Shown here in pieces: positions 25,066 through 36,718 of a stretch of 64,000 bases of DNA. A model generated the notes under the pieces. That model made no database searches. It was not told the DNA's origin and saw only the letters and a list, made by a program, of their open reading frames with translations. Every line of letters starts with the position of its first letter. The stretch's first letter is position 1. The stretch comes from Lama glama (taxonomy: Eukaryota), in assembly GCA_028534125.1 (NCBI GenBank), contig CM052817.1:100380001-100444000 (forward strand), read 5' to 3'. Position numbers and translations under genes: made by a program.

Positions 25066-26188
25066 CTATGATGACTTTAAAATATGGCCATGAATTCTTT
25101 GTTCTCTCTCTCTCTTTAAAAGGTGGAATCTAATTTCCCTGTCCTTAACAGTAGGCTATATTTAGTGATGTACTTCTACAAATGGAATGTGGAGGAAGTG
25201 ATGGTGTAAGACATTTGAGATTAAGACATAAAAGGCATGGTGTTTGGTGCAGACATTATGGAAAATAGTGTGGAGATTCCTCAAAAAACTAAAAATAGAC
25301 TTACCATATGATCCAGCAATCTCACTCCTGGGCATGTATAAGGAGGGAACTCTAATTCAAAAAGATACATGCACCCCAATGTTCATAGCAGCACTATTTA
25401 CAATAGCCAAGACATGGAAACAACCTAAATGTCCATTGACAGGTGACTGGATAAAGATATACCACAACTTCTTTGTTGTGGTATATATTTATACAATGGA
25501 CTCAGTGATAAAAAAACCAAACAAACAAAAAAACCCAATGCCATTTGCAGCAACATGGATGCACCTAGAGATCGTCATTCTAAGTGAAGTAAGCCAGAAA
25601 AAGAAAGAAAAACACCATATGATATCACTCATATGTAGAATCTTAAAAAAAAAAGGAAAAAGAGGCCACTAATGGACTCAACCTACAAAACAATAACAGA
25701 CTCATAGATGTAGTAAACAATCTTATGGTTACCAGGGGAAAGGGAGTGGGAAGGGATAAATTTGGAGTTTGAGATTTGCAAATGATAACCACTATATATT
25801 AAAATAGATTTTAAATTTTTCTTCTGTTAAAAAAAAAAAAAAACCAAAGGCATGGTGGCTTTCTCTTGGTTCTTGCTCTGGGAGCACGCCCTCAAAAGGA
25901 AGCCAGCTAGCCCGCTAGGAGGATGCTCCAGCAGCCTGCCGGGAAGCCCACATAGCGAGGAACTGAGGCCGCCCGCCTACAGCCATGTGAGGGAGTCATC
26001 TTGCAACAGGATCCTCCAGACCCAGCCTACATCTTGGCCACAACCTCATAGGAAACTGTAAGTCAGAACCACCCGGCTAAGCTGCTCCCACATTCCTGAC
26101 TCACAGGAACTATGAGATAACAAATGTTGGCTGTTTTAAGTCACTAAGTATGGGGTAATTTGTTCGGCAGCCACAGATAACTAACGCA
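25066..26188 (+). mobile_element. MaLR solo LTR (MLT1F/G-like), interrupted by an L1
   Basis: 'aatatggccatgaattctttg...aggtggaatctaatttccc' 5' part; 'gaggaactgaggcc...cagaaccacccggctaagctgctccc...ttttaagtcactaagtatggggtaatttgtt...gataactaac' 3' part. Confidence 0.85.
25243..25845 (+). mobile_element. Young 5'-truncated L1 (ORF2 C-terminus plus shortened 3' UTR)
   Basis: ORF 25244-25672 contains [11 protein letters not shown]...CTPMFIAALFTIAKTWKQPKCP (L1 ORF2p C-terminus); poly-A; perfect 12-bp TSD aaaggcatggtg at 25231-25242 and 25846-25857. Confidence 0.95.
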
Positions 26189-27229
26189 CCGTGAATATCA
26201 GACGTTGCTGAAACGTGAAGTAGAGGACTCACAGATCCTACTCTGGGTGTTCACGTGTGAGCTGGCTGACAGGACCATATTCTGATACAAGCTCACCCTG
26301 CACTTACACAAAAGGACTGGGCTGGGGTCACACAAGTCTTTTCTTTAAAAAAAAAATCACTTCATGGCAATAAGTCTACAGTGCAGTCACATGGTAACTT
26401 TTAAAAGATGTTCTGTTAGGATTCCTCTCCCTAAGACTCTGCTTTAATAATTCTGGGGGTGACCTGGGCTTTGGGAGGCTTCAGATCTCTCAGGTGTGCA
26501 CGATGCGGCCAAGGTAAGCACCTCAGGTGTGTTGTGAACTGTTCCGCCAGCGCCCCGCCCCCTCTGACTGGCAACCCCCATCGTCCAAATTCAAGCATTT
26601 CATCTCTCACAAGGTCTTGTTCCCCTGGCAGCATCTGGACAGAGTTTGATGAGTTCTTCTTTGAAAGGTGTGCCCAGGACATTCAAGAACTAATTATTCA
26701 TGTTTTTGTAATGGAATTTTTTTTTCAATAAAGTCAGAGCAGAGGCAATAAAGAAAATATGGTAGGAGAGATCAGACTGAGAGACCCTTGTTCCTGTTAG
26801 CACCGGGCATTTTTCAGTGTCAGATGAATCAATAATCCACGGACACTCAGTATGCAAAATGAGACGTAGGCGCTCAGGTGACAGACGCCTGAGATTATGA
26901 GACAAGAGGAGGAGGAATCTTGCTTCTCAGTAGCAGAAGCATAATCCCCACCGAGGGGCCAGTACGTGTTCCCCCCAACCAACCCCTCTCCCAGGGAGAT
27001 AATTGAATTTGGAGACTCTCTTTCCCCCTACTTAGTAGGTAAAGCTGCAGGTGTCCATATCTCAGTATCAGCGAAGAGACCCAGGGATCCAGAAGGACAA
27101 ATTTCTGCTCTCAGTGATCCCTGATAGAACTCTTAAATCAACTCTAATCAAACAGGTTTATTTGAAGATGGCAAGGCAGGGGAGTGCTGTGGGTGAGGGC
27201 TCAGGCTCTGGCGTCCAACTCTTTTTCAA

Positions 27230-27345
27230 ATTCCTGTTCTCTTACGTCCTGTTGATCTCGAATCTGCCTCAGTTTCCTCATCTGTACAATGGGGGCAAAA
27301 GTGGTGTCTACCTCAGAGGCTAGGTACAAGGATTAAAGGAGATCA
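27230..27345 (+). mobile_element. MIR core fragment
   Basis: 'gcctcagtttcctcatctgtacaatggggg...tctacctcagagg...aaggattaaaggagat'. Confidence 0.85.
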
Positions 27346-27483
27346 TTTTTCCCACTGGGAGCAGCAGGTGACAATTTGGGGCCCAGGTGATGACCAGGTC
27401 CACCTTGTCCACCTGAGTCCTTGTTGGAGAACCATGGCTAACACTTAGGGAGAAGACCTTCGGATCACAAGACTCACGCTTGC

Positions 27484-27527
27484 CTGATCATTATAAGGTA
27501 AGCATTTACTGATCATTATAAGGTAAG
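27484..27527 (+). repeat. 19-bp perfect direct repeat (period 25)
   Basis: ctgatcattataaggtaag at 27484-27502 and 27509-27527. Confidence 0.95.
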
Positions 27528-28249
27528 TCAGCCATGTCTACTTCTTAAATCCAGTTGGAGATTTCCTCATGTTGCGTGGTGAAGGTCAGTAACCACAGAG
27601 CGGACTTTGGGGTGTGCTTCCCCCTCGTTCTGACCTCTGACTGAGCCCATGCTCACCAGCTCTCACCGCTGCCAACGTGCCCAGGCCCTGCCCTCTGTTC
27701 TGACTCTTTCAGAAAACTTTTTTTAACCCCTGACTCTCTGCCACGTGACATGAGCTTTTTAAACTATCTCCAGGAGACCCTATGTTCAGGTGGGAATGTC
27801 CAGGCTTTGTGCAGAGCCACCAAGAATGCAGTTTACCCCAAGGAGGGAAGCCAGTGCCAGTGTCCCTGTGACATCTCCTCCTTCACTGTCAAAGGGCTCC
27901 TTGGTTCCAGGAGGGCAGTCCCACTCCAAGGACTATGGCTACCGTTCCAGAGCAGACCAGCAGGTGCCACCACGGTGAGTGCCATGTAGGAAGACCAGGG
28001 CTGAGTGGGAGGAAGAGGGGGAGGGTAAGTGGGAGGAGGAGGGGGAGAAAGAGGAGGAGGAGCAACAATTGCCAAGAGACAGTTGTTCAATCCAATAAAG
28101 TAATGATCTGCGTGAACTCTAATTATTGCATTTGCAAAACAATACTTGTATAATTTGTGGACATCCCCCTCCTAAACAGCACAGAAGATTCATTTCATGA
28201 AAATCTTTTGTGTTTTCTTTAGAAGATTTGGACAAAAAACAATGCATCT

Positions 28250-28950
28250 TTAACTCTGAAAGCAGAATAATGGGTCCTTGAAAGATTTATCTGAAATCCA
28301 GTGCCGTTGTCATTCTATATTGATTATCTCTGCTGTTCATTATCATCCTCAGCCCATCATTTATATGCAGATGACACTATCATTTATGGTAGGAGATTAT
28401 TCTGGGAGAAAGCTTAATATTATCTTCAAGCTGATTTAAATGAGCTTTAAGATCATCTGGCACAATCTAAATTACTCTTAAATATTAATGAAGCCAAGAT
28501 CATGTTATTTGGCTCAAAACAAAAAGTTGGGAGGACTGAAAAACTGGTGTGCTGCATGACCTTGGAAAGAGTAGCCGAATGTTAAATATTCAAGGTTTGG
28601 AGATGCAACCTGCCTTCACCTGTGACTGATAAGATAACTGATCAGCAGAGAAAGACAGAAATATCCCAACCCTTTATTCTGTTACATATAATTCTTTTAC
28701 TTAAAAAAAAGATTGTTTTCTATCTTTCCAGCATTGCAATTATGTGCCTTGGGTTCGGTTGGTTTTATTTATCTGAATGCAGCTCAACATTTGTTAGCCA
28801 AGTTAAAGATGCTTTATCCTCTCTATCTGGACAGATTTGCCTTGAATTATACATCTCATAAACATTACCATCTGTCGTCTTTTAAACAATTGGCTAAAAA
28901 TTAGAAGACTCTCAACATTTTGTTGGCATAATAGCTTCCCTCACACTCTA
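28250..28950 (+). mobile_element. Ancient non-LTR retrotransposon fossil (L2/CR1 group, Crack-like), RT domain and C-terminal region, decayed
   Basis: Frame +2 reads PVPLSFYIDYLCCSLSSSAHHLYADDTIIY (YADD 28364-28375)...LQADLNEL*DHLAQSKLLLNINEAKIMLFGS...LERVAE; ORF 28713-28904 reads IYLNAAQHLLAKLKMLY...RFALNYTSHKHY. Confidence 0.8.
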
Positions 28951-30214
28951 TTCCTCAACATCAAACCACTTAACTCTTCTTTCTCAGTCATCCATGTTTC
29001 TCAGCAAAATTTAGTGAATGGAGAGAAAGGATAGCTGACAGAAGCAATCCTCTGACAGCCCATGGTAGTCCAGCTCTGGGTGTGTAAGCATGCACAGATG
29101 TGCGCCCACATTTGTACCTAAGGGGAAAAATGTCTTAAATTATATAGATGACCTTTCTCGACCCCTTTTACTCTTTAATGTCTCACTAAATGGAATGGAA
29201 ATCCCTAAGCTCCCAACTCAAGGTATGACAGGACTCGGGGGATGCCAGATTGGAAGCAAGAATGGAGCCACTCCTTGGCTGGTTTCCCCGGAGAGGATGT
29301 GGATGAGCCCCGGGTCTGGCGGGCAGAGACGACTCAGCCCCCAACTGGTAATGGAGTAGAATCATCTTCAAGACGACAATGATGAGAGAGCACTTGGGGC
29401 AGATACCGTCTTTGTTGTTGTTACGACTGATGGTTTTCCTTTTCTACCACCTGCCAGACTCTTAAAAAATCCATCCCGCATTATAACTGAGAGACATCTC
29501 TGTGGCCTCATTATATCCACTGGTAGCCACGGCTACCTTTTGGGACTAGAGATGTCCTTCCCCAGGGCCTCCTGAGGAGGTGTGTGTATGCAAGTCTCAG
29601 ACCACATGCTTACCCTAGACCCTGCCTCTCACTTGCCAGTTTCCCTCCATCTCTGATCTTCTAAGAGAAGGAAGTTGAATCAGAGAAGGGTGGAGTGTGT
29701 AGAGTGGTGGGTGAATAGATGGACAGTTAGTGACAACACGAAGCAAGAAATTAGGGATGTGTTTTGCTGCTGGCTCAACAGACCTCCTCTCTATCTCTTT
29801 AAAGAAAAAAAGAAAGTGAGAAGCAGCAGAACTTGAGAAAGCCACGGAGATGATACAGTCATTTCTCTGAAGAACTTCGCACGTCCCAGAGAAGCGGGGA
29901 ACACCCACTCACCTACTGGCAGAGCTTTGCTAGACCATGCTTATATTAAAGCACTATTTTTAATCTTATTTTTCAAGGCTCATTTGGAAAGTTATCTTTT
30001 CTATGACACTTTCTTTAACTCTCCTGGGAAGACATAACCACGCCCTCCTCTGTACTCCCATAGCCCTTCCATCACACCTCAATTAGAGCCCTTTATTGCC
30101 TGTGTGTGTTAGAATTGCGTTCATGGTGGAATCCCCCGAGCCAGTCCTGATTCAACTTCCAGACCTGGAGGTTATCTACCAACAGCACTTTCTACCCCTG
30201 CTTAGTATCAGCAG

Positions 30215-30620
30215 CCCAGCTGTGTGCCTCAGGGGGTGAACCCTGCTGTCTCTATCCAGTGATGGCCACTGGGTCCTGTATCCAGTGTAGAACCAACATG
30301 AAAGGTAAATCTCAATGAGACCGGAGGGGAAATGCGGGGGCAGGGGTAGTGGGGGCTTCTTAGTAAGAGAAACAGAGGAAGAACACTCTCACACAGATGC
30401 TGTTGTGGGCAGGGATGTGGCAGCCATCTTGTGACCATGAGGGAGGAAACAGAGCACAAAGTCAACATGCTGAGGAAGGCACAAAGGAAAGATGGAAAGA
30501 ATCTGAATCCTTGATGACATTTGTATTGCCTCAACCCAAAGACCACCACATCTTTAGACTTCTTGTCGATTCTGAGCTGTGCCTTGTGTGATTTACAGCC
30601 AAAAGCATCCTAGTTGATTT
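30215..30620 (+). mobile_element. MaLR solo LTR (MLT1I/J-like)
   Basis: 'ggcagccatcttgtgaccatgaggg...aaagtcaacatgctgagga...gaaagatggaaagaatctgaatccttgatgacat...cagccaaaagcatccta'. Confidence 0.8.
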
Positions 30621-30631
30621 GTCCTCTAAAC

Positions 30632-30847
30632 CAACACTGTCCAATACAGCAGCTGCTCACCACATGTGTCTACTTAAATTTTAATTTTAATTAATTAAAA
30701 CTGAACAAAATTTAAAATTCAGTGCCCCAGTGGCCCTAGCTATCTATCAAGTGCTCAATAGCCACGTGTGGCTGGTGGTTACCGTATTAGATAGTGGAGA
30801 ATGAGGGAACATTTCCACACCTCACAAAGGTGCACTGAGCAACACTG
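30632..30847. mobile_element. MER3/MER33-type hAT-Charlie MITE
   Basis: Terminal 'caacactgtccaata...caacactg'; 'caagtgctcaatagccacgtgtggctggtggttaccgtatt'; 8-bp TSD ctctaaac (30624-30631) / ctctaaat (30848-30855). Confidence 0.85.
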
Positions 30848-31030
30848 CTCTAAATGGCAAACTCCTTGAAGGCAGAAACTAGATTGTATTGCTGCCATTC
30901 CTAGTTCCTGATGGATCATCATGCCAAATAAATGAAATTACTGAGTAAAGGAGAGAATGGTCTAAGTATCATCTATTTTGAAGGAACTGGTTGTACTGGG
31001 TTCTGACTGATTTTTGCCCCAGTGATTCTT

Positions 31031-31623
31031 TTTTTTTTTCTTTTTTTCTTTTCTTTTCTTTTTATTGAAGTATAGTTGATTTACAATGTTAGTTTCAGGT
31101 GTATAGCAAAGTGATTCAATTATACATATACATACATATATATACACATATATTTTCAGATTCTTTTCCAGTATATCCCATCACAAGAAATTGAATATTG
31201 TTTCCTGTGCTATACAGTAGGTCCTTGTTGTTTATCTATTTGATATATAGTAATGTGTATCTGTTAATCCCAAGCTCCTAATTTATCCCTCCCCTCACCC
31301 TTTCCCCTTTGGTAACCATAGTTTGTTTTCTATGTCCATCAGTCCATTTCTAGTTTGTAAATAAAATTTGTATCTTTTTTTTAAGATTCCACATGTAAGT
31401 GATATCATATGATATTTAGCTTTCTCTGTCTGACTTAACTTCACTTAATAAAATCATTTCAAAGTTCATCCATGTTGCTACAAAGAGCATTATTTCATCC
31501 TTTTTATGGCCCAGTAATACTCCATTGTATAAATATACCACAACTTCTTTATCCAGTCATCTGTTAATGGGCATTTAGGTTGTTTCCATGTCTTGGATAT
31601 TGTAAATAGTGCCGCTATGAACA
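31031..31623 (-). mobile_element. Young 5'-truncated L1 3' end
   Basis: Poly-T then 'ttattgaagtatagttgatttacaatgttagtttcaggtgt'; 18-bp TSD with 1 mismatch at 31013-31030 and 31624-31641. Confidence 0.95.
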
Positions 31624-32227
31624 TTTGCCTCAGTGATTCTTGAATTCACGCAGGTGACAACATCTGGGGTCATAGTCAACATCCCTACCCCTATTTACCC
31701 CAGGAACCAGTACCCTTCGCTTTTTTCACTCCAGGAATCTGATTTTCTCCAGCCACACTTACAGCCTCTCAAGCCCTCATGATCTTCTGCCTCTGAAAGA
31801 TGCAGCGGCAAATAAAATAGTCATTGGGTCCAGGTTTGTTCCACTTTTCAAGGCAGGCAGGGTAGACACAAGAAGTGTGCTGGTGTAGACAGAAGCTGCT
31901 CACACACTGTCCAGACTGGACAACAGCCCAACTGAGCCTATCAAGAGTCAGAGGCTCCAGATAAAGCCCAGGAGAAGGTCAAGGTCACACATAACCCAGA
32001 ACCAGCTACAGAAGCATCCTGCTGCTCCTTTAGAGTCCCTCAGTGGTCCCTGGTGCCACGGCCTCCCCTTCAGACTCCCGTTCCAGGAAGGGGCTCTGCC
32101 CTTCTCCCCGGGAGAAGTCCACCTTCTCTTGCTTGAATGACCCTGGGAAGAGTCTCACCCAAGCCTGATGGGCCATCAGTTAGAGTTTCTCCTGCCCTCT
32201 CCACACTCCCAAGTCTTCCCAACCTTA

Positions 32228-33031
32228 TGAGGGGCTATAACTCTGCACCATGTTCCAGTGTGTGTGTTTTTAACACACTAAGCAATGCTCTGGACACAGT
32301 TAGATGTCCTTTATAATTCAACTCAATGGTGACACCATCTACCCAGAGGTGGCATCGGAGCCCACAGGTTAAGGGCTCGGTCCTGCAACCTGCCCCTCCG
32401 CCACTTCAGACACCAATCCCAAGTCCAGAGTGTTTCTGACTAGTCAGCCGCAGACCAGAGGTTCCAATGACTCCCTCTTTGGCTTTGACTAATTTGCTAG
32501 AGCCGCTCATAGAACTCCAAGAAACGTTTTACTTACTCAGTCACTGGTTTATTATGAAAGGATATCACTCAGGAACAGACAGATGGAAGAGAGCCTTAGG
32601 ATGCGGTATGGGAAAGGGTAAGGAATCTCTGTGCCATTTCCAGGGGTGCCACGCTCCCTGAATTTCCGTGTGTTCGTCAACCCCGAAGCTCTCAGATCCC
32701 ATATTTCTGGATTTGTATGGAGTCTTCAGTACATAGTCATGATTGATTGAATCATTGTCCCTTGGTGACTGATTCGATCTCTAGCCCCTCTTTCTTCCTC
32801 AAAGGTCCAGGAGGGACTGAAAGGTCCAAACCTCTAATTACGCAGTTGGGTACCCTGGCACCCAGCTCCCATTCTTAGGTTACCTGGGTGCTTTCCAAAA
32901 TTCATTAACATAACAAAAGGCATCTTAATTACTTTCCTCACTTAAGAAATTCCAACGGTTTTAGGAGCTCTGTGCCAGAAATGGGAACAAAGATCAAATC
33001 CATATATCTTATTATAGATCACAATATCACA
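32228..33031 (-). mobile_element. MER21-like ERV solo LTR
   Basis: Reverse complement starts 'tgtgatattgtgatctataataag...ctggcacagagctcctaaaaccgttggaatttc'; internal 'cccacaggttaagggctc', 'actaatttgctagagc'. Confidence 0.85.
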
Positions 33032-33534
33032 GATGCATAAGCACTTTAAATAGTAACATTTTAGAGCTTGGCTTCTGTAGTTGCTTAAAAGTCTTGGGTC
33101 ACAGAGTTGCTCATCAGAGGAGGCTGAAAAATGAAGCCCTTTGGGTTTGTCCCAGCTCTTTCAGACAGCTCCTCACCACACCCTCCCCAACACAACTGCT
33201 TTTTAAAAAAAAATCCTAACCCTTTACATCATCTCTCCCATCCCTTGCTTACACACTCACCTCACAGGCACATAAATGGCTATATATAGGCCAAGCATTG
33301 CTCCATAGATGGTGTTTTAAATTCTAAGCAATTTAAACCACTTGGAGAAGGATGCTGGGTTGCTATTAGAATCTAGCGGGTACCCAGAGATAGATGATCT
33401 GCTCTTCTTTCTGGGGTGCCAAGGAAGTGCTCCCTGCCAAGCTGTGTTGGGCAGAAAGGAATAGGATGGGGGAGGGGACTATATTTGCCCAGGGGCCCTA
33501 TTATGTTGACCTGTAGGATTGAAGGGGCATTTTA

Positions 33535-34255
33535 CTTATTTATTTATTTACTTACTTACTTACTTACTTACTTATTTTGTTACTTATTTATTTATCTGAA
33601 GCGCAGTCAGTTTTACAATGTTGGGTCAATTTCTGATGTACAGCATAAGTTTCAGTCATATATACACATGCATATATTCCTTTCATATTGTTTTTCATTA
33701 TAGGTTACTATAAGATTTTGAATATAGTTCCCTGTGCTATACAGATGAAACTTAGTGTTTATTTTATATATAGTAGCTAGTATCTGCAAATCTCAAACTC
33801 CCAATTTATCCCTTCCCACCTCCTTTTTCCCCTGGTAACCACAAGTCAGTTTACCATGTCTGTGAGTCTGTTTCTGTTTTGTAAATAAGTTTATTTATGT
33901 CCTTTTTTTTTTTCAGATACCACATAAGAGTGATATCACATGGTATTTTTCTTTCTCTTTCTGGCTTACTTCATTTAGCATGATGATCTCCAGGTCCATC
34001 CATGTTGCTGCAAATGACATTATTTTGTTCTTTTTATGGCTGAGTAGTATTCCATTGTATAAATATACCACTACTTCTTTATCCAGTCATTTGTTGTTGG
34101 ACGTTTGGGTTGTTTCCATGTCTTAGCTATTGTAAATATTGCTGCTATGAACACTAGGGTGCATATATCTTTTTGAATTAGAGTTTCCTACGAATATATG
34201 CCCAGGAATGGGATTGCTGGATCATATGGTAAGTCTATTTTTAGCTTTTTGAGGA
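33535..34255 (-). mobile_element. Young 5'-truncated L1 3' end with (TTTA/CTTA)n tail
   Basis: ORF2 end and 3' UTR antisense; 15-bp TSD with 1 mismatch, tgaagg(g/a)gcatttta, at 33520-33534 and 34256-34270. Confidence 0.95.
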
Positions 34256-34589
34256 TGAAGGAGCATTTTATTAAGCAATGTTCACATGCTTAGCTTCAAC
34301 CAGTGCCTTCACAGTGCACCGATTTCATGGGCTTGAGATCATGAGTATGAACTTTGAACCACAACAGGTTACGTGTGAAGGAGAAAGATTTAAATTCAGC
34401 CAAGCAGGGGTGAAATTTCCTTCATGCAAAGACAAATAAAGAGAACTGAGGCTGGGTCCCATTTTCACTTCAGGAGTTTTGCTCTCCAGAATCTGACCAA
34501 CCTGGGGGGTCGGGCAGGCAGAAGTCTAATGGGTTCTACTTGGAGGAAGCACCTCTCCAGCCTCCCCAAGGCACCAGGAAGTTGTTGCA

Positions 34590-34815
34590 AGCTGTAACTT
34601 CAGAGTCAGGAAAGTTGGGGTTCACACCAGCCCCCTTCACTTCTTAGCTGTCTTAGGGCATGCTTCTTAGTCTTCTAGTGTCAGTTTCCTCACTTATTAA
34701 AATTGAGATTATAATAAAAAACTCTTTCCCTAACAGCTTCTGGGAAGATTGGAAGAGATTGTGTATAGAGCAATTTGCACAGTTCCTGGCACTATCCTAA
34801 GGGTTCAATAAATTA
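34590..34815 (+). mobile_element. MIR SINE
   Basis: 'cagagtcagg...tcagtttcctcacttattaaaattgagattataata...gcacagttcctggcac...tcaataaat'. Confidence 0.8.
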
Positions 34816-34819
34816 AAGG

Positions 34820-35430
34820 TGAAATTCTTTCAAAATGTAAGTCATATTATATCATTTGTCTGTTCAAAATGTGGCCACGACTCGCCGTTTCACTCAGAGT
34901 AAATCCCAAAGGTCTTACAATGCCTAAAACCCGTGTGACCTGGGACCCCATGACCTGAGACCCCTCCCACCCCTTCTTGATTGCTCTCCCCTCACTCACT
35001 CTGTTGCAGCCACAGTGGCTTCCTTGCTACCAATGAATGCCTTAGGGCCTTTGCACTGGCTACTCTCGACCATCTGCCTAGAACACTCCCCCCGAGTATC
35101 TGCATGGATCCTCCCCACCGACTTCTCTTAAGTCTTCACTCAAATGTCACCTTCCCTGAACACCATCTCTAGGAGCCTAGCTTGCACGGCTCCCTGGCGT
35201 GCTCTAGCACCCTGACCTGCCCTCTCCATTCTCAACAGCACCTACCGTCTTTCCCACATACTAATCGACTTGTTAATTTATTATGTTTAGCATCTGTCTC
35301 CCCCTCCCAGTAAAGTGGAAACCCCATGAGGACGGAGATTTTTGTCTGTTTTATCTACTAATATAACCCAGGGCCTAGAACTCGTGGTACCCAACACACT
35401 GGTGATGCTGAATAACTATTCGCTTGTGGG
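34820..35430 (+). mobile_element. L2 LINE 3' region
   Basis: 'cactcagagtaaatcccaaag', 'ccctcactcactctgttgcagccacagtggcttcctt', 'cttagggcctttgcactggct', 'ccatgaggacggagatttttgtctgtttt'. Confidence 0.88.
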
Positions 35431-36249
35431 AGAAATGTTATTTGTTATAGTTATGAATAAAGTCACATAACCTCAAAAGGCCTTGTTCTGTCTTTGCAAG
35501 TGTCCCTCCAACCTTTCTACACTTTCTAACTTATTTTGATCTTTTTTTTCCTTTAAACTGGAGCAATGTGGTTTGTTTATTATTCCAAGGACTTGGTAAA
35601 TAGTTTTTAATAACATAGTGTTTGTACACCATACCTTCCAGGTCATCAGAAGTTCGAGGCTCTGTTCAGTGGTGTCCTGGGAGCCTGGACTGAAGTTTGG
35701 GGACAATTTTCTATGGCAGGGTCTTCCAGAGTGTCAAGGTCACAGGCCAGAGTTAGACAGGCAAGAACTGGGTTGTCATGTCCAAGAGAACCAGAAGATA
35801 AGGCCTACAAAGAGGCAGAGCTAAAAGATCGGAAGCCATGGAGAGCTGGAGGTCAGGGATTTGGAGGGCGGGGAGCAGCAGCTGGAGGCAAGTGAAGCCA
35901 GGAGGGTCCCGGGATTCCAGGACCGCGGGAAGGAGCGTGGCCTGAGAGTGAAGTCCATGGTCAAGCTGAACAGATTAGCTAGGTTCCAAAGAAATATCTG
36001 AGTGCAGCGTTCATTTGCCTTGGAACCCATCCAAAGAGGGCGAAGTGCCTGCCAAATGGACCCAATAATGAGGCTGATTTTTTAATCAGTAATGTAGCTG
36101 GGGGTGGAGGGGAGGGCAGGAGCGCGAGACACTTGGTGGGGTTCACTGTCATCTGGAAACAACAGTGCATCTCTCGCGGATTGAAAGGACCGGATGGAGC
36201 GCGGCCAGGGTGGCTGCAGCCCAGAGCTTTGAAGTCGAGCGTCCTTAGG

Positions 36250-36405
36250 ATTTCTCCTTCTTTCTTTTCTTTTCTTTCCTTCCTTCCTTCCCTACCTCCT
36301 TCCCTCCTTCTTTCTTCCTTTTTTTTCACTTTTTCATTTTTTGTTCGTATGTGTGTGTTGGTGGGGTTTTGTGGGTTTTTTCTTGGTGCGTTTTCTTTTT
36401 GATTT
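36250..36405 (+). repeat. CT-rich / T-rich low-complexity tract
   Basis: (ttc/ttcc/tttc)n read directly. Confidence 0.9.
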
Positions 36406-36718
36406 CCCTTATTTTTGCAGTCATTTCTCTCTGAAAATCTCAGCTTGTCTGGCTTGAGCCAAAGCACACAAGGGAAAGGGATGTGGCTTTGGCAGTGTTG
36501 GACCAGAGAGACAGCGGTCTTCTGGGCTGGGATTGGTGATGCCAGGGCCTCCCTCAGGGAGTCAGCCTCCAAGGGTGAGAAATACTAGGCTCGCTCACTC
36601 AGCAATTTTCTGCCACCAGGAGAGCCTTCTCCAGGGCCTCCTTGTGCCCAAACCTCAGAGGGCTTCTGTGTCCTTCCAAAAGAGCAGCCAATTCCCTGGA
36701 CCAAATCCTGTTTTAAAA

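Noticed and set aside
25183..25205. miR-1/miR-206-like 'tggaatgtggaggaagtg'
   Set aside because: It lies in an MLT1 LTR, differs from the mature miRNAs, and I see no pre-miRNA hairpin partner arm.
25244..25672. 142-aa ORF as a host gene
   Set aside because: It is the L1 ORF2p C-terminus and 3' UTR of a 5'-truncated, TSD-flanked L1.
18922..27527. Direct repeats at 18922 and 27484 as CRISPR-like arrays
   Set aside because: Only two copies each, unrelated to each other, with no cas genes and a mammalian context.
28270..28600. Functional or domesticated reverse transcriptase gene
   Set aside because: In-frame stops (including 28415-28417 and 28448-28450), later frameshifts and no start or splice structure; kept only as a fossil.
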